DNA from: Balanoglossus misakiensis
Lineage: Eukaryota > Animalia > Hemichordata
NCBI GenBank assembly: GCA_040954595.2
Contig: CM082579.2
Location: 8,235,625 to 8,299,624 of the forward strand
Reading direction: 5' to 3'
Length of the DNA: 64,000 nucleotides
Part shown: positions 1-12,278 of the stretch, in pieces
Layout of the letters: every line of letters starts with the position of its first letter
Position numbering within the stretch: the first letter of the stretch is position 1
Program-made: the position numbers and the translations under genes
The notes under the pieces: generated by a model
Told to the model about the DNA's origin: nothing
What the model saw: the letters and a program-made list of their open reading frames with translations, nothing else
Databases searched by the model: none

Positions 1-302
1 CGGGACTGCGCCATACCTCGCGGGAAAATATTATTGTACATATGTGGCAAAATCACAGACATGGTATTTTGCAAAACGTTTATGATCTTGTTGTCCTCAA
101 AGCCCAGCATCTACCAGGTATGAAAGGTTAGACGTTTCTCTTTTCTGAGACGCTTTCTTGGAGAGATCATCTCAGGTGAATTGATATTCGCATTCTCCTA
201 CAGTACGGTATGCTGGTATGCTGGTCACGGTACTAATGCTTAACCATGAGCGTCATTGCGCAAAATTTCTTGTTTTGGATTTTGGCGCCATATAAACTTT
301 TG

Positions 303-341
<39 letters not shown>
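303..341. repeat. (GATT)n microsatellite
   Basis: About 9 tandem TTGA units are visible directly. Confidence 0.9.
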
Positions 342-342
<1 letters not shown>

Positions 343-657
343 GTACACATTGAAAGTTTATGTGTTTTCAGATTCACGGCCGTGATAGTCTGGCTGTTCA
401 CATCACATTGACACTGTTGGGGTTGTACTTTTATGTTTGATGTCTACAAATACACCGGCATTGACAAAACTATGCAATAATCTTTGCCCCATGGACTGTA
501 GCACACGCATTAGGCCTACACTCCGTATTATAATAAACCCTTTCGTTATCAGCAACAAAGAGACAAACATGACGTACATATAAAAATAAAATTATCTAAT
601 ATACTTGTAGGCTGATATCTGATCGACGTTTGTGTTCTTGACAGCATCCAAGCAGTA

Positions 658-2312
658 ATGGTTACCATGACGTCCCGCCTGTTCGGTGTCTGTATCTTAA
701 TGGCATGTTTGGTCGCCATGGCATCTGCAGTTGATAGGACCGGCTGTGGTAACACTAAGGCCTGCTACTCCGACCCTGAGCACTGTAACCCGTCATCTGG
801 TCAGTGCGACTTCTTCCTGTCGTTCAAGGAGAACGGGGCAGACAACACAAAAATTGACTTTGAACTTGTGGGTAATCGTACTGGATCAAATGGCGTTGGC
901 TGGGTGGGCGTTGCCTTTTCTTACGACAAAGCCATGGTAAGTAAGATCTGTGTTTGTTTGTTTGTTTGTTTGTTTGTTTGTTTTTCTACAGAGTTAATTC
1001 GTCGATTTGTAAGTTCTACTTCCATGATTATGTACGGTATATGAAATTAGAGGTGACCGTATACCTTTAAGGACCCACGGACAATTTTTAAAACAATGCT
1101 TAATTTGATGTCTTGACTAACGCTTCTCGATCAATTTTCTGGATGCAGGGCAATGACAGTGGGGTTATGTGCATCAACGACGGTGGCAGCTTTCTGTACA
1201 GGACATTTTTCAATCACGGTCAAGTCAACGTTGTGGATGCAAACTCGGTAAGTCATTCAATGAGAGTAATGTCGAAAATGAAACTCGGAGACACGAACCG
1301 TGCATGTGTTGCTAGAATATACCTTTCTGTGAAATATGGAACGTAAGTACGTGCACGCATGGACTCGAGTAGTGTGCACACACAGGACACCTCATAGTCA
1401 TGTATGACAGCGGAACATTCAAATTTCTACTCGTTGCAGGTGGGGCTTTCCCACACCAGCAACGGCGTCAGTGACGGAATCATATCGTGCTCCTTCACCC
1501 GTGCAAAATCCGTTGCGAACGAGCCACAATTCTTTGATCTCTCGATGGACTACTACTTGTTGATGGGAACCGGACCCTGCAATAACGGTAAACACCGTCT
1601 CTTGTCACTTTGTTTTACTTTCATGGCGAATCATCTGACCCCTCTGACAGAGGTTTCGCCATTTTGACAGAAGGTACGCCGATCGTTCGCTCCCGAAGCC
1701 CCATGTTCCAGTTCTCGTCAGGAAATGACGTTATCGGTGTTCTTTGAATTGCGGCCTTTTTTTGTGTAACGGTTATCGGTGACGAATTTTAACTTTTGAA
1801 AATTCGAGATTTAGCAAATCACAGATTTTCACTGGGTGGTCACATGTGCGGCACAGATAGTTTCTTGAGAAGCTGTACGATTATTTCCTGAATGGTGCTT
1901 GAATTTCCAACTTTCGTCGTAGGTGTCTGCGCCGAGCACGAAGCACTGCCTGTGGCTTCCTTGGCCAAGGTGAACTTCAACAGCACTGATGACGTCATGG
2001 CAGGTGCACCGGCACACCATTCGTCGGAAGAGGTGCACGACGCCGCCAACGACGTGAGGAGTAAAATGACAGGTGAGAGAAGTGGGGGTCGGTGAGAGAG
2101 GGAGGGGGGGGGGGGCGTTGCCAGTCGATGGAGTGCTGGCCCGGAGTGCTGGCCCTCGCCGAGGAATTGTGACATGACAGAACGTGTGTACAAAGTACAA
2201 ATTGATGAAATAGTCGATATTATTAAATTAAATGCATTGACAGAGATTGTGTTCTTTCACAGCCATGGTAGCCGTCATGGTAATCGCAGCTGTTTTGGGA
2301 CTGTTGCAGTGA
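658..2312 (+). CDS. Secreted, probably GPI-anchored single DOMON-domain protein (SDR2/FRRS1-like DOMON), ~241 aa, 5 exons
   Basis: Exons 658-936, 1149-1247, 1440-1587, 1923-2072 and 2263-2312 have GT-AG introns and total 726 nt in frame. The protein has a signal peptide (RLFGVCILMACLVAMASA), CGNTKACYSDP..C..C.FFLSF, the DOMON motifs GWVGVAFSYDKAMGNDSGVMC, DGIISCSFTR and FFDLSMDYYLLMGTG..EH, and a hydrophobic end AMVAVMVIAAVLGLLQ*. Confidence 0.8.
951..981. repeat. (GTTT)n microsatellite in DOMON intron 1
   Basis: Tandem GTTT units. Confidence 0.85.
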
Positions 2313-3052
2313 TTTCCGTGCGGATCACCAAAATTCATAGCGTCGGTATATTTACGCAGGCAGCGGTGACTTGGCACGTAGGATCCACGGGATGCTATCG
2401 ACGAAATTACGTAGTTAACCAAGTTGAAATGAAATCAAATTAACGCATTGTTTTCATACATTGTATTTTTTACACCAAGTCAAACGATTGTAACTATTTT
2501 CTCAAAGGGGGTCGGGTGTTCAGTTCCCTGAAATTGTTTATTTTCAACGTGGGGGCGCACGTGCTTCAAGCTTTTGAGGGTTTATATTTACTGACCATAT
2601 AGGCAGATTCCAGTGTATCCGTGAAAGGGAACTGTCAATCGTTTCCGAGCTGATACTTGATGACGCCTGACATTTTACTTTCGTTTTAACAAATTAAAAT
2701 TTGTCGCGGTCCGTCGTCGTCGGAATTGCACATTCACGTTGGCAAGTTTTCCTGACCCTCGTCACTCCCGCATTCCGCTTCACCAACTTCCCTTTTCTTT
2801 GCCTTTATTCAATTATATGTAAAACGATCGTCTTTTGATTGAAGTAAACTTTACTGGAGAAATATTGTATGGTTTTTTCTTACACTGGAAATACACACCG
2901 GTACAGATCACTTATCGAGGCCAAGGAAAAATGTGTTTCCGGCAACCCGGCCAAACTTAGTTCAAACCTCCGGTCGAATTTCGAGCGTAAGTTCAATTAA
3001 GTCATACAGTCAAATACGGTTAAATGGAGATCGATTTATCAACCAATCAATA

Positions 3053-6000
3053 CTATAGATATATACAGACCAATTGAATTACGAGGCCCATCATTGTGCA
3101 GAATAGGCCCATGGGAAACGAAGGAGATGAACTGGCAGAGTCCGATGTGAAAGTGAAATGGCCGAGGACGGCGTAGTGGTTCGATAAATCGGTGATTGTC
3201 TTGGTTTCATCGCACTGGTAGGGGTATTCGTGACCGGCAAAGAACTGCACATCTTCCAGACAGATGGTGAAGGGTTCATCGGCCACGTACTTGATGGCTT
3301 CCTGCGTGGCTGTCTCGGGAAGGAGGTGCTCGTGACTGTAGAGGGCGTAGTCGATCCACGAGTCCGTCCCGTTGCTCGGCGCTATGATGTCGTTGTTGTC
3401 CTTGTCGGAGGTGCAGTTGTGGGGCCCGACGATAGGGGGCGTGGTCGCCCGCAGGGTGTCCAACAGGGCCTGCAGCTCGTCGTGGCGCTCGTAGTAGTCT
3501 GTGTTCAGGTCGCCGGCGTAGATGACCGGCTCGCTCTCGGGGATGTCCTGCTTCAGCATCAGTTCGTGCATCTCCGCCGCTTGTTCTTCTCGCACGTCGC
3601 TCCCGCCGTTGTTCCTCTGGCCGGCCTGCAGGTGGGTTCCGAGGACGTGGTAGACCACCGTGCGTCCGTCCACCGTCTTCTCCACGCCGGCGTACATCGC
3701 GCCCTTTCCCGCCCACATGTCGCCCGACCCGGACACGAAGCTCTCGTACACCTTGCCCTCCCACTTCAGCATCGGCCAGCGGGAAGAGATGAAGACGCCG
3801 CCGTTTTCTGGCTGTGGCAGAATCGGCGTGTCCGCCCCAACCGTGTCCGTGTGGTGCGCGAAGCCGTAGTGATCCAGGATCTGCCTGAACGACGCCCCAG
3901 AGTCGTGGAAACAGCCGCCCATGAACGCTTCATTGAAGACGATGGCGTCGATGTCGCCGTGCCTGTTGAACACCTCGGCGAGCATCCTACATGTGCGCTC
4001 GCGCTGTCCGCACTGATAGTACAGATACCTCAGCTCCCAGATGTTGTACACCAGGACCTTGAAGGTGTGGGCTGGTGTTGGGGTCCAGACGCCGAGTTCA
4101 GGTACAGTACACAGAACATTTTGACCGGTTTGCGTCTTGAAATGGCAAACGTCCCAGATTTCATAGTCAGTAGAACAGGCGTATTCCAAGCCAAACATGT
4201 CGCAGTATTCAGGGGTCAAGTCACATTCGGATGTGGCCCTGCCTGTAGAAATATAATCATCGGTACATGTATATGTATACGTACGTACGTATGAACTATT
4301 TCTTGCATGTTTCAATAAGTTGTAGGCCTAAGTGTAGTTTCTGGGGAATCATGTGCATATCAGTAATTATCCGTTAGCTTGAGACTCGGGGGCTGAATTT
4401 ACGTTGGCTGTACTATGACGGTTGAAGACAGCTACTTACCGAGCCAAACACGTGGTATGTCGTCACGACAGTTCTCTGAAAAAAATGATTACAAATTTCA
4501 GTAAGTTATAAATAAGTATTAGATATTTGGTAGACATACAAAGATAAACCAACAGATATACATGTATAGCGGAAGGATAGATTTACGTACGAAATCTTAA
4601 TTCTTTAGTGCAAACTGCGCATTTTATTAAAGTGACTAACCCGGCAATGGTGGCGGCGAAGGGTTGAGAATTGGGGCCGTTGCTTCCGAGAAATCAAATC
4701 TGCCAAGCACTGCATAATGGTCTGAAAGATCTGTGATGTTCCACGACTCCACACACGCGTTTTCATAGGGGTAGGTGTGTCGACGTGCAGGAAGAGTACT
4801 TCTCATGCAAACCTCGAAAGGTTCATCGACGTATTTGATTGACTCCTGACTAACATTGTTCGGTATCAGGTGCTGGTCGCTGTATATGACGTAATCGATC
4901 CACTTGGACCAGCTGGTGTCGTTTGGATGGATGACGTCATTGTTCTGGTTGTCGTCTGTGATGTTGAGTGGTCCCACAATGGGCGGCATTTCGGCTTCTA
5001 AGATCTGGAGAATCTGGTCCCACTGGTCGGGGGACGTGTACATGTCGGTGTTCAAGTCCCCGCCATAAATGACAGGCTCGTCCGCGGGTATGTTTTGTTT
5101 CTTCATCAAAGTGTGCATCTCTTTGGCTTGGAGGGCGCGCTGCTCCGCGTATCGGTCACCCTCGTGCGCCTGGAGGTGAGTACCCAGGATGTGGTAGTGT
5201 CTGGTTTGGCTGTCGACGGTCTTCTCGATTTTGGCGTATGACGCGCCCTTTGACATCAAACTGTCCGGGGACGGCTCGGTTGTGTGCACGTATATCCATT
5301 CGTCTTCCGCCACTATCGGCCACCGGGAGGAGAGAAAGACTCCGCCATTTTCGGGTCTCCTGTACATGTCCCTGGTGCCGTTGGCTAGTAGATCGGTGTG
5401 GTAGGAGAATCCGTACTGATTGAGCATCTGGCGCAGCGATATGCCGTCATCCGGGAAGCAGCCGCCCATGAAGACCTCGTTCCAAATGATCGCGTCGACA
5501 TCGCCGTGGAGCTCGAATATCTTCTGCGGGATTCTGCAGGTGCGTTCCCGTTGGCCACTCTGGGCGTACAAGTACCTCAGTTCCCAGGTGTTGTACGCCA
5601 TCACTTTCAGTGTTGTCGCCGGTGAGGGCGGCGGTAGCTGCATGTCCGGCGAGGCACAGAGGACGTTCCTCCGCCCGGGTCCCGTTGCCCTGTAGCAGTC
5701 GTCACCTTCGACATAGTCTGCCGTGCAGACAAACTCTAGTCCGAACATAGCGCAGTATTCTTCTGTCAGATCGCACTCGGACGTCGCATTGCCTGGCGCG
5801 ACATAAAACAAAACAAACACGTGAGGTACTTTTGGTAAACCAGGGCGTCATCTTTGGCATTTGAAAGAATGCACATGCTGTTATTGGTTGAGACACGTGT
5901 AGTGAACGCGAACGCGACACGAAATCAACTTTGTTGCATAGTACAAGTAACACGGCAAGGAACATCATGATGACACCAATATCAGACACACACATGATAT

Positions 6001-6612
6001 AAGCATTTATAGCATACTGCCTCCAATGAAACTTACCTAACCACACCTGCGGGCGATCATCTGTACATTCATCAGCTGAGATTTCTGGCAAGAGAGCATA
6101 CAAAATATGCACATGGTAGTGTTTGGAATTATCTACATGATGCGTGTCACATTCCCCATCTATTGTGTTAAAAATAATACACAGCCGCAGTGTAACGCAA
6201 TTGGCTTACACACGAAATTAGAATGATGACCAATATTGGCCTGAATTGGCCAGGACCGTACTTTTATGTACATGTACCTGGAATTGGAGTTTGTAAAGGA
6301 TGTGTGAACTATTCAATGCATACGTACCCTTTTCGTGTTCGGCTCTCCGACTGCAAGTTATCATTTTTAGATGACTGGCACAGTTTTAACGCCCTTTGAC
6401 TCAGTGAACTGACGTCTACAATGCCATACAAACATGTAATGTTCTCACTTCCCTGGTTCCCGTAGAGTACCAAACATTTCTATAGTGTAGCAATCTGGTC
6501 ATTCGTCGTGGTTTACTGTTTTGAACGATGGAAAACAGAGTGCACACCACTCACCTCTAAAAATATGCAAAACAACCAACAGACACACCGAAATCACGCG
6601 ATGGCACATCAT
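3053..6612 (-). CDS. Gene A: tandem two-domain bacterial-type sphingomyelinase C-like (EEP) protein, signal peptide + GPI-like tail, ~827 aa
   Basis: Exons: 6612-6555 (MMCHRVISVCLLVVLHIFR), 6084-6037 (EISADECTDDRPQVWLG), 5792-4641 (domain), 4475-4440 (ENCRDDIPRVWLG), 4242-3053 (domain + MGLFCTMMGLVIQLVCIYL*). All introns are phase 1 GT-AG; total 2484 nt. Motifs YN.WEL, NE.F, ENGGVF.SSRWP, GTHLQA, GDLN, WIDY, S(D/N)HY. Minus-strand AATAAA at 2804-2809. Confidence 0.85.
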
Positions 6613-7465
6613 GATGATGCAAAAACAGAACGCAGTCAACTCGCCTCCAGTGTGCAGTTATAGTTGTGGGGGAATTCTGGGACATCAGTAGGTCTTCAGA
6701 AGAATGCGCTGCACTTTGTGACAGCGCAGTGCACCGTGCCATCGTGTGAGGTGTTCGGGTGTTTGACCTGGTTTCAATCTGCGTTGTTCTTTAACCGGAT
6801 TACCTACAGATTATCTGTGCTCATTCGATGGACTTCGTGCTTTTCTTTTCAAAATATCAGCGCCAGTGGAGCAAGAGGGCGGACTGCGGCAATCGTGAGT
6901 TCATCATGATAAATATTTGTTGTGGCAGCAATGATTATACAGCGCTACAAAACAGTAATTGGTGGTACACGTTCATTTCATCATCAAACTTTTATTTCGG
7001 CTGGGCCTGACCCATGCCTCAGTTAGCAAAACATACACGCGAAGTAAAAAATGTTCGATCTCTACAAAGCTCTGCAGGTGTAAGAAGTCTGGAGCACTAC
7101 TTACTTCATTTTTCAAAGATCGGAAACTGCCCTTCAAAACAAGTATTTTTTTAATTCTCATCTTGATAATACGTACATTTCAATGAGACAAATGTCATTT
7201 TACAAGGGACCATGTCACTACATTCACCTAGATCCAACAAGGTTGCTTATTCATTACTAGCTGAGCACGTTCCATTTACGGTAAATACATGGGGATATTT
7301 TCGATACCCTCGAACCTCAGAACATCGAGAAAGACGGTTAATATCATAGCTATGCTATACAACATGGGGGTGATTGTCTGAGTAGTGAACCGATGATGGA
7401 ATCACCGATTTTATTTTTACAAGATATATGCAGCATGTACCTAGTCCTTCAAAGTTATGCTTTAT

Positions 7466-10400
7466 CTACGTAAGCAAAAGTGCGAGGGCGAATACCACAA
7501 CGATGCCGACGACGATCACGTGTTTGACGGGCGCGAGATTTAAAGCTGACGATGTTTGGTCGAGGAAGTTGAAGATGCCGAGAACCGCGTAGTGGTCGGA
7601 CAAATCAGTGATGGTCTTCGTGACGTTGCATTGGTAGGGATACTTGTAGCCACCGAGGAGGTGGACTAAATCCATGCAGACGGTGATCGGTTCGGCTGAC
7701 AGATACTTGACGGCTTCCTGGGTGACCGTGACCGGGAGCGCGTGCACGTGGCTGTAGAGGGCGTAGTCGAGCCACTTGGAGGTGGCATTGCTCGGGGCCA
7801 GGATGTCGTTGTCCTGGTAGTCGGTCGTGTATTTGATGGACCCGGCCACGGGGGGAGTTGTCGCGTTCAGAATATCCAGCAAAATCTCGAGTTCGTCGTA
7901 TCTCGTGTAGTAGTCCACGTTGATGTCTCCCGCGTAGACGACTGGTTCGTGCTTCGGGATTCCCTGCTTCAACATGAGTTCGCCCATCTGGGTGACCTGC
8001 TCCTGCCTGACCGTCCGACTCTGGTCCGTGTCGCCGGCCTGGAGGTGCGTCCCGAGCACGTGGTACACGGCCGCGGTGCCGTCCACGGTCTTCTCGATGC
8101 GGGCGTACATGGCCCCCTTGGCCGACAGCATGTCCGCAGAGCCGAAGACGTAGCTGTCGAACACCGTCTCCTCCCACCCGAGGATCGGCCACCGCGACGA
8201 TATGAAGACCCCGCCGTTCTCCGGGTGGGGGAGTATCGGCGTGTCCTCGCCCACGGTGCCGGTGTGGTGCACAAACCCGTTGTACTCCAGTATCTGCCTG
8301 AAGGACGCGCCGTGCTCGGGAAAGCAACCTCCCATGAACGCCTCGTTGAACACAATGACGTCAACGTCGCCGTGTTCGGCGAAGACTTCCGTCAACACTC
8401 TGCAAGTGCGCTCACGTTGCCCGCTCTGGTAGAACACATATTTCATCTCCCAGACATTGTACGCCAAGACTTTGAAAGTTTTGGCCGGGGTTGGGGCCCA
8501 AGTGCTGAATGTAGGAACCGAACATAGTACGTTGACACCGGTCCTGGTCTTGAAATAACAGACATCCCAGATTTTATACGGGGCGGAGCATGCGTACTCT
8601 AATCCGAATATATCACAGTAATCCGGCGTCAAATCGCATTCTGGAGTAGCTCTCCCTGTAAAAGGGGAAAATAGACACTTTAATAGATAATGACGATAAC
8701 GCAAATACAGTTTTCTTCAGACAAGCGAATAATCACCATGAACATTATGCGTCTACCTGTTTCTTTCCTGTCTCACTCGATAAAAAAACTGCCAAAGGGA
8801 AAAGCGACCGCTGATGCGGGTGTTCCCTGTATTGAAAGCAACGGTTAAAGTCGCTCACTTTTGACATTATTTTGCTTTAGTCTCCAACGATAAAATATTT
8901 GTTTTTCTGCACTTAGAATGTAACTCCTTACCCAGCCACACACGAGGTCGGTCAATGTCGCATTCCTCTACAAAGAAAATAAAAGAGAAAAACGACATCA
9001 AAAAGTATAGACAAAGATTATTTGAACGTAAATGAACCGAGTGAAACACATGGCAACCGACCAGACGAGTATGCGTTAACCTATCTGAATTACATAAAAC
9101 AAAACAACAGCAAACACCCAAAATGACTCTGTTGCATTTGCCAAGAAAGCTAATCTGTTTATATCTTTAACGATGGCCGATCAGTTTTATGTCAAGAAAG
9201 GTGAAGAAAATGAATGAGTTTAATACCAGGTAAAGGTGACGGCGAAGGGTTGAGTATTGGATCTGTCGCTTCCGAGAAATCAAATCTGCCAAGCACTGCA
9301 TAATGGTCTGAAAGATCTGTGATGTTCCACGACTCCACACACGCGTTTTCATAGGGGTAGGTGTGTCGACGTGCAGGAAAAGTACTTCTCATGCAAACCT
9401 CGAAAGGATCATCGACGTATTTGATTGACTCCTGACTAACATTGTTCGGTGTCAGGTGCTGGTCGCTGTATATGACGTAATCGATCCACTTGGACCAGCT
9501 GGTGTCGTTTGGATGGATGACGTCATTGTTCTGGTTGTCGTCCGTGATGTTGAGTGGTCCCACAATCGGCGGCATTTCGGCTTCTAAGATCTGGAGAATC
9601 TGGTCCCACTGGTCGGGGGACGTGTACATGTCGGTGTTCAAGTCCCCGCCATAGATGACAGGCTCGTCCGCGGGTATGTTTTGTTTCTTCATCAAAGTGT
9701 GCATCTCTTTGGCTTGGAGGGCGCGCTGCTCCGCGTATCGGTCACCCTCGTGCGCTTGGAGGTGAGTACCCAGGATGTGGTAGTGTCTGGTTTGGCTGTC
9801 GACTGTCTTCTCGATTTTGGCGTATGACGCGCCTCTTGCGGACAGGTGGTCTGGGGACGGTCGGGTGGTGTGCTTGTAAATCCATTCGTCTTCCTCGACG
9901 ATCGGCCATCGCGAGGAAATGTAGATGCCGCCATTTTCTGGTTGCTTGTACATGTCCCTGGTGCTGTTTCCCACCAAATTTGTGTGGTGGGCGAAACCGT
10001 ACTGGTCGAGGATATGGCGCATCGACAGACCGTCGTCGGGGAAACAGCCGCCCATGAAGATCTCGTTCCAAATGACGGCATCAACATCCCCGTGCCAATC
10101 GAATATCCTCTGAGGAATCCGACAGGTGCGTTCGCGCTGGCCCTGTTGGGCGTACAGGTACCTCAGCTCCCAGATGTTGTACGCTATGACCTTCAACGTT
10201 GTCGCCGGCGAGGGCGGCCAGATTTGTTTCGCCGGAGAGGCACAGAGGACGTTCTTCCGTTCCGGCCCAGAGCTTCTGTAGCATTCGTCACCTTCTACGT
10301 AGTCTGCCATACAGACGAATTCCAGTCCAAACATGGCGTAGTGCTCTTCTGTAAGGTCGCACTCAGATGTCGCATGCCCTGTCAAATGAAATGAAATGAA

Positions 10401-10880
10401 AAAAAAATACATGTCAGGGATAAAGACAGGTGGCGATATATGTACAGATGAGGGAATTAATCACATATACATGTACCTATTCAACTGGTGTTATTGCTCG
10501 ACGTAATCCTTGTTCGATTTTATGATATCTTTTTACTTTCACTTGTCGGGTGAAATTAAACGGGAAAAGAATTAAACAAAGAAATCGACAGACAGACAGA
10601 CAGTGAGACATATAAACAGACAGACAAATAAATAAACCATCGGGGTACTTACCCAACCAGACTTGCGGCCTGTCGTCACCACACTCACCAGCAGAGATTT
10701 CTGAAGTATAGTAACGAAAATGAGATTATACACCCGCAAAATGCAGATAGATTGTTAACCTACTAAATGCAGTGAAGATGGCGTTCACTTACCGGCAACC
10801 ATAAGCATACCAAGCACCAGAACAAGCGCCAACTTTACAGCAAACATTTTGGTGGTCAGGGAAGTTTCACATGTCGCCAT
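7466..10880 (-). CDS. Gene B: tandem two-domain sphingomyelinase C-like protein, ~837 aa
   Basis: Exons: 10880-10793 (MATCETSLTTKMFAVKLALVLVLGMLMVA), 10700-10653, 10378-9227, 8967-8932, 8655-7466 (ends VIVVGIVVVFALALLLT*); total 2514 nt. The four internal/terminal exon sizes equal those of gene A (48/1152/36/1190). Full EEP motifs in both domains. AATAAA at 7410-7415 (minus). Confidence 0.85.
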
Positions 10881-12278
10881 TGTCCACTCAGTGATGCATT
10901 CCCCCGAGGGCGGAATGCACCCAAGTACCATAGACATTGGTGAACTTTGAGACGACTCAATTACCTATAGGTCATTTGTACAATGTTCACAGATATCACC
11001 TGTCCTACATTATTTGGACATCATGCCACTTGTTGTCATTCCGACGGCCTGCGTGTAGGCATGTGCTTTTTTGACGTTATCATATCATTGAGAAACTGGT
11101 GTCCAATGTTGTTTGAAATGTTTAGACATCAGATACGTGTATCGTACTCATATGTAGGGGCTTTGGTGCTAGGGCAGAGTACATGTCACTGTAACACCGT
11201 TTTTATCAGTCTCCTTTAGCTTCTGAACAAATCACAACTTTTCTGACTAAGTGCGATATAGATAAAGGTGCTTAATCTAATAGTGGGGCACGCAATTCAA
11301 CGCTTCTATAAATACCCTACACATCACACGATAATCAAACTGGTTCGATTTGTTTTGAAGCCGCAATGGATTTTTTTTATAAAAACGAAAAAATGGGGCG
11401 AATAGGGTGAGTGGGCCGCTTGAGAACGACCTTTGTCACACCCTATGTTCAGTTTTCACAAAACGTTACATCTGTGGAGATACCCGATGATACACTGAGA
11501 TGAGGATGTCTCGCACTCTTAACCTAACCTGTCATGCTATCTGATATGGTGAATACTAAATTATCCCATAAAACACTTAGATACCCGCACTTGAACAGTT
11601 CGGGTTGTACTAAACAGCGCAGTTTATCGACATTATGAGATAAACCTTGCTCATCCATTCTTAGGTATTCGGTCCAGCACCGTGGTAACCGGGACTGCAG
11701 AGATGTCTCGCTGCCTGGAGGGGCGTTGTCTAACCGTGATAACGTGACGTAAATCATTAGATGAGGGCACCACGGTCCAGTGGCGAAGGTAGAGAACTCA
11801 CTGTTTGAGGATTGTGCAGACATGGCCGTGATGTTGTGACGCGTGCGCTTTACTTCTTATTGCTTATCCCTTTCCCAGTACATGTAGTGGTGCGTACCCC
11901 ATCGTTGGGCGCTCGCCTGTTGGATGACGGAAATAATAAAAATAGGTCGTCCGAGTGGAAAATGCTAATAGATGCTTTATTGAATATGCCGTGTTTCTGT
12001 GCTGGTGTGGTGACCCAAAGTGACACTTTTGTAGACGAAGATACATGTAGGTCTTTTTAACTGAACACCTTTGTACCCCGGCCTGTTAAAAACTAGTTTA
12101 CAATATGACTTGAATGAGTGGCAATTTTATTTAAACATGTCGTACGTAATTTTTTGAAAAGCAGAGATTAAGCGAGAGCGAAAAAGGACCATTTTGCAGA
12201 AATGTTAAAAAGTCAAGGCGTAAAAACTATGAGGAACTCTGACAGTTCAGCTCACGTGACTGTAGACTATCAAAAGAT

